DNA from: Klebsormidium nitens
Taxonomy: Eukaryota > Plantae > Klebsormidiophyceae
Length of the DNA: 64,000 nt
NCBI GenBank assembly: GCA_000708835.1
Contig: DF237173.1
Coordinates: 25,438-89,437 of the forward strand
Direction of reading: 5' to 3'
Shown: positions 63,448 through 64,000 of the stretch, piece by piece
Position numbering within the stretch: the stretch's first letter is position 1
Layout: the number at the start of each line of letters is the position of its first letter
Notes under the pieces: model-generated
Seen by the model: only the letters and a program-made list of their open reading frames with translations
Database searches by the model: none
Told to the model about the DNA's origin: nothing
Program-made: the position numbers and the translations under genes

Positions 63448-64000
63448 CTGAAAACACTCATGCGACATGTGAATCAAGACAATCACCGCTGCACAGCAGG
63501 CATTAGGGGGGGCACGAGATACATTTGAAGTTAGGTAGCCCATGGCAGCCGAAAAAGCCCTCGACATGCCACCACTGCTGAGAGCCACACCAATCCCTCC
63601 ACACACAGCAGTTTGGAAAACAGAACAGAAGCACGATGACTCTCGGTATATATCTATATTGGCTTCCGGTAATTCGCAATTGCACTGCATCACGCAAGCT
63701 CTTGTTCCATATACGTTATGAACATGTGAACGATATCTTGCGCGTATAGCACTAGGGCAAGGTGGAAAGGTGCTAGGATGTTTCCTCCGCAGTGGCATGC
63801 ATGAGTGCATGACAGGGCCAGCACAGAGAATCTGGCTTCCGATGCAAAACATGGATTCGATACCCGCGACCGACGGAGCCCTTGGGCAGCCGCAAAACCG
63901 AGACCTCGTCGAAGACCGACGTTCAGCGTCAGGTGCATAATGCACCATCTGCAACCTCAGCTCTGGACTCTATATGTAGGTACAACAAAGTATTGATGTT

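Noticed and set aside
1-64000. Transposons, CRISPR arrays, rRNA/tRNA/snoRNA genes
   Set aside because: I found no transposase, RT or integrase motifs, no regular repeat-spacer structure and no convincing cloverleaf or C/D box pairs. Small RNAs could be missed by eye.

Overview
This is intron-rich eukaryotic genomic DNA, inferred to come from a streptophyte green alga (Klebsormidium-like; an inference from gene content and gene structure, not a search result). I could model 12 protein-coding genes by hand-splicing GT-AG introns, in strictly alternating orientation: histidine acid phosphatase (-, runs off the left edge), V-ATPase subunit d (+), MCTS1/Tma20 (-), AlkB-family dioxygenase (+), NusB-domain RsmB/Sun m5C methyltransferase (-), Pumilio/PUF protein with a CCCH finger (+), golgin-84-like (-), MORN-repeat protein with an EF-hand-like tail (+), atypical R2R3-MYB (-), WD40-like protein (+), an orphan multi-exon gene (-), RMC1/Mic1 (+). 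I recognised no rRNA, tRNA, CRISPR array or transposon. The most striking unexplained structure is a recurrent 'splice-junction echo': tandem 106-147 bp duplications spanning an intron/exon boundary, stacked inside the introns of four unrelated genes and generally decaying with distance from the real exon. Other observations are the 12-gene strand alternation, palindrome- and TGCA/CATG-rich tail-to-tail spacers with CpG-decay signatures, a lone in-frame TAG splitting the MYB reading frame, a PUF+CCCH fusion, and an orphan gene whose motif spacing reminds me of bacterial uracil-DNA-glycosylase-fold proteins. Exon boundaries were read by eye, so some gene ends are approximate.
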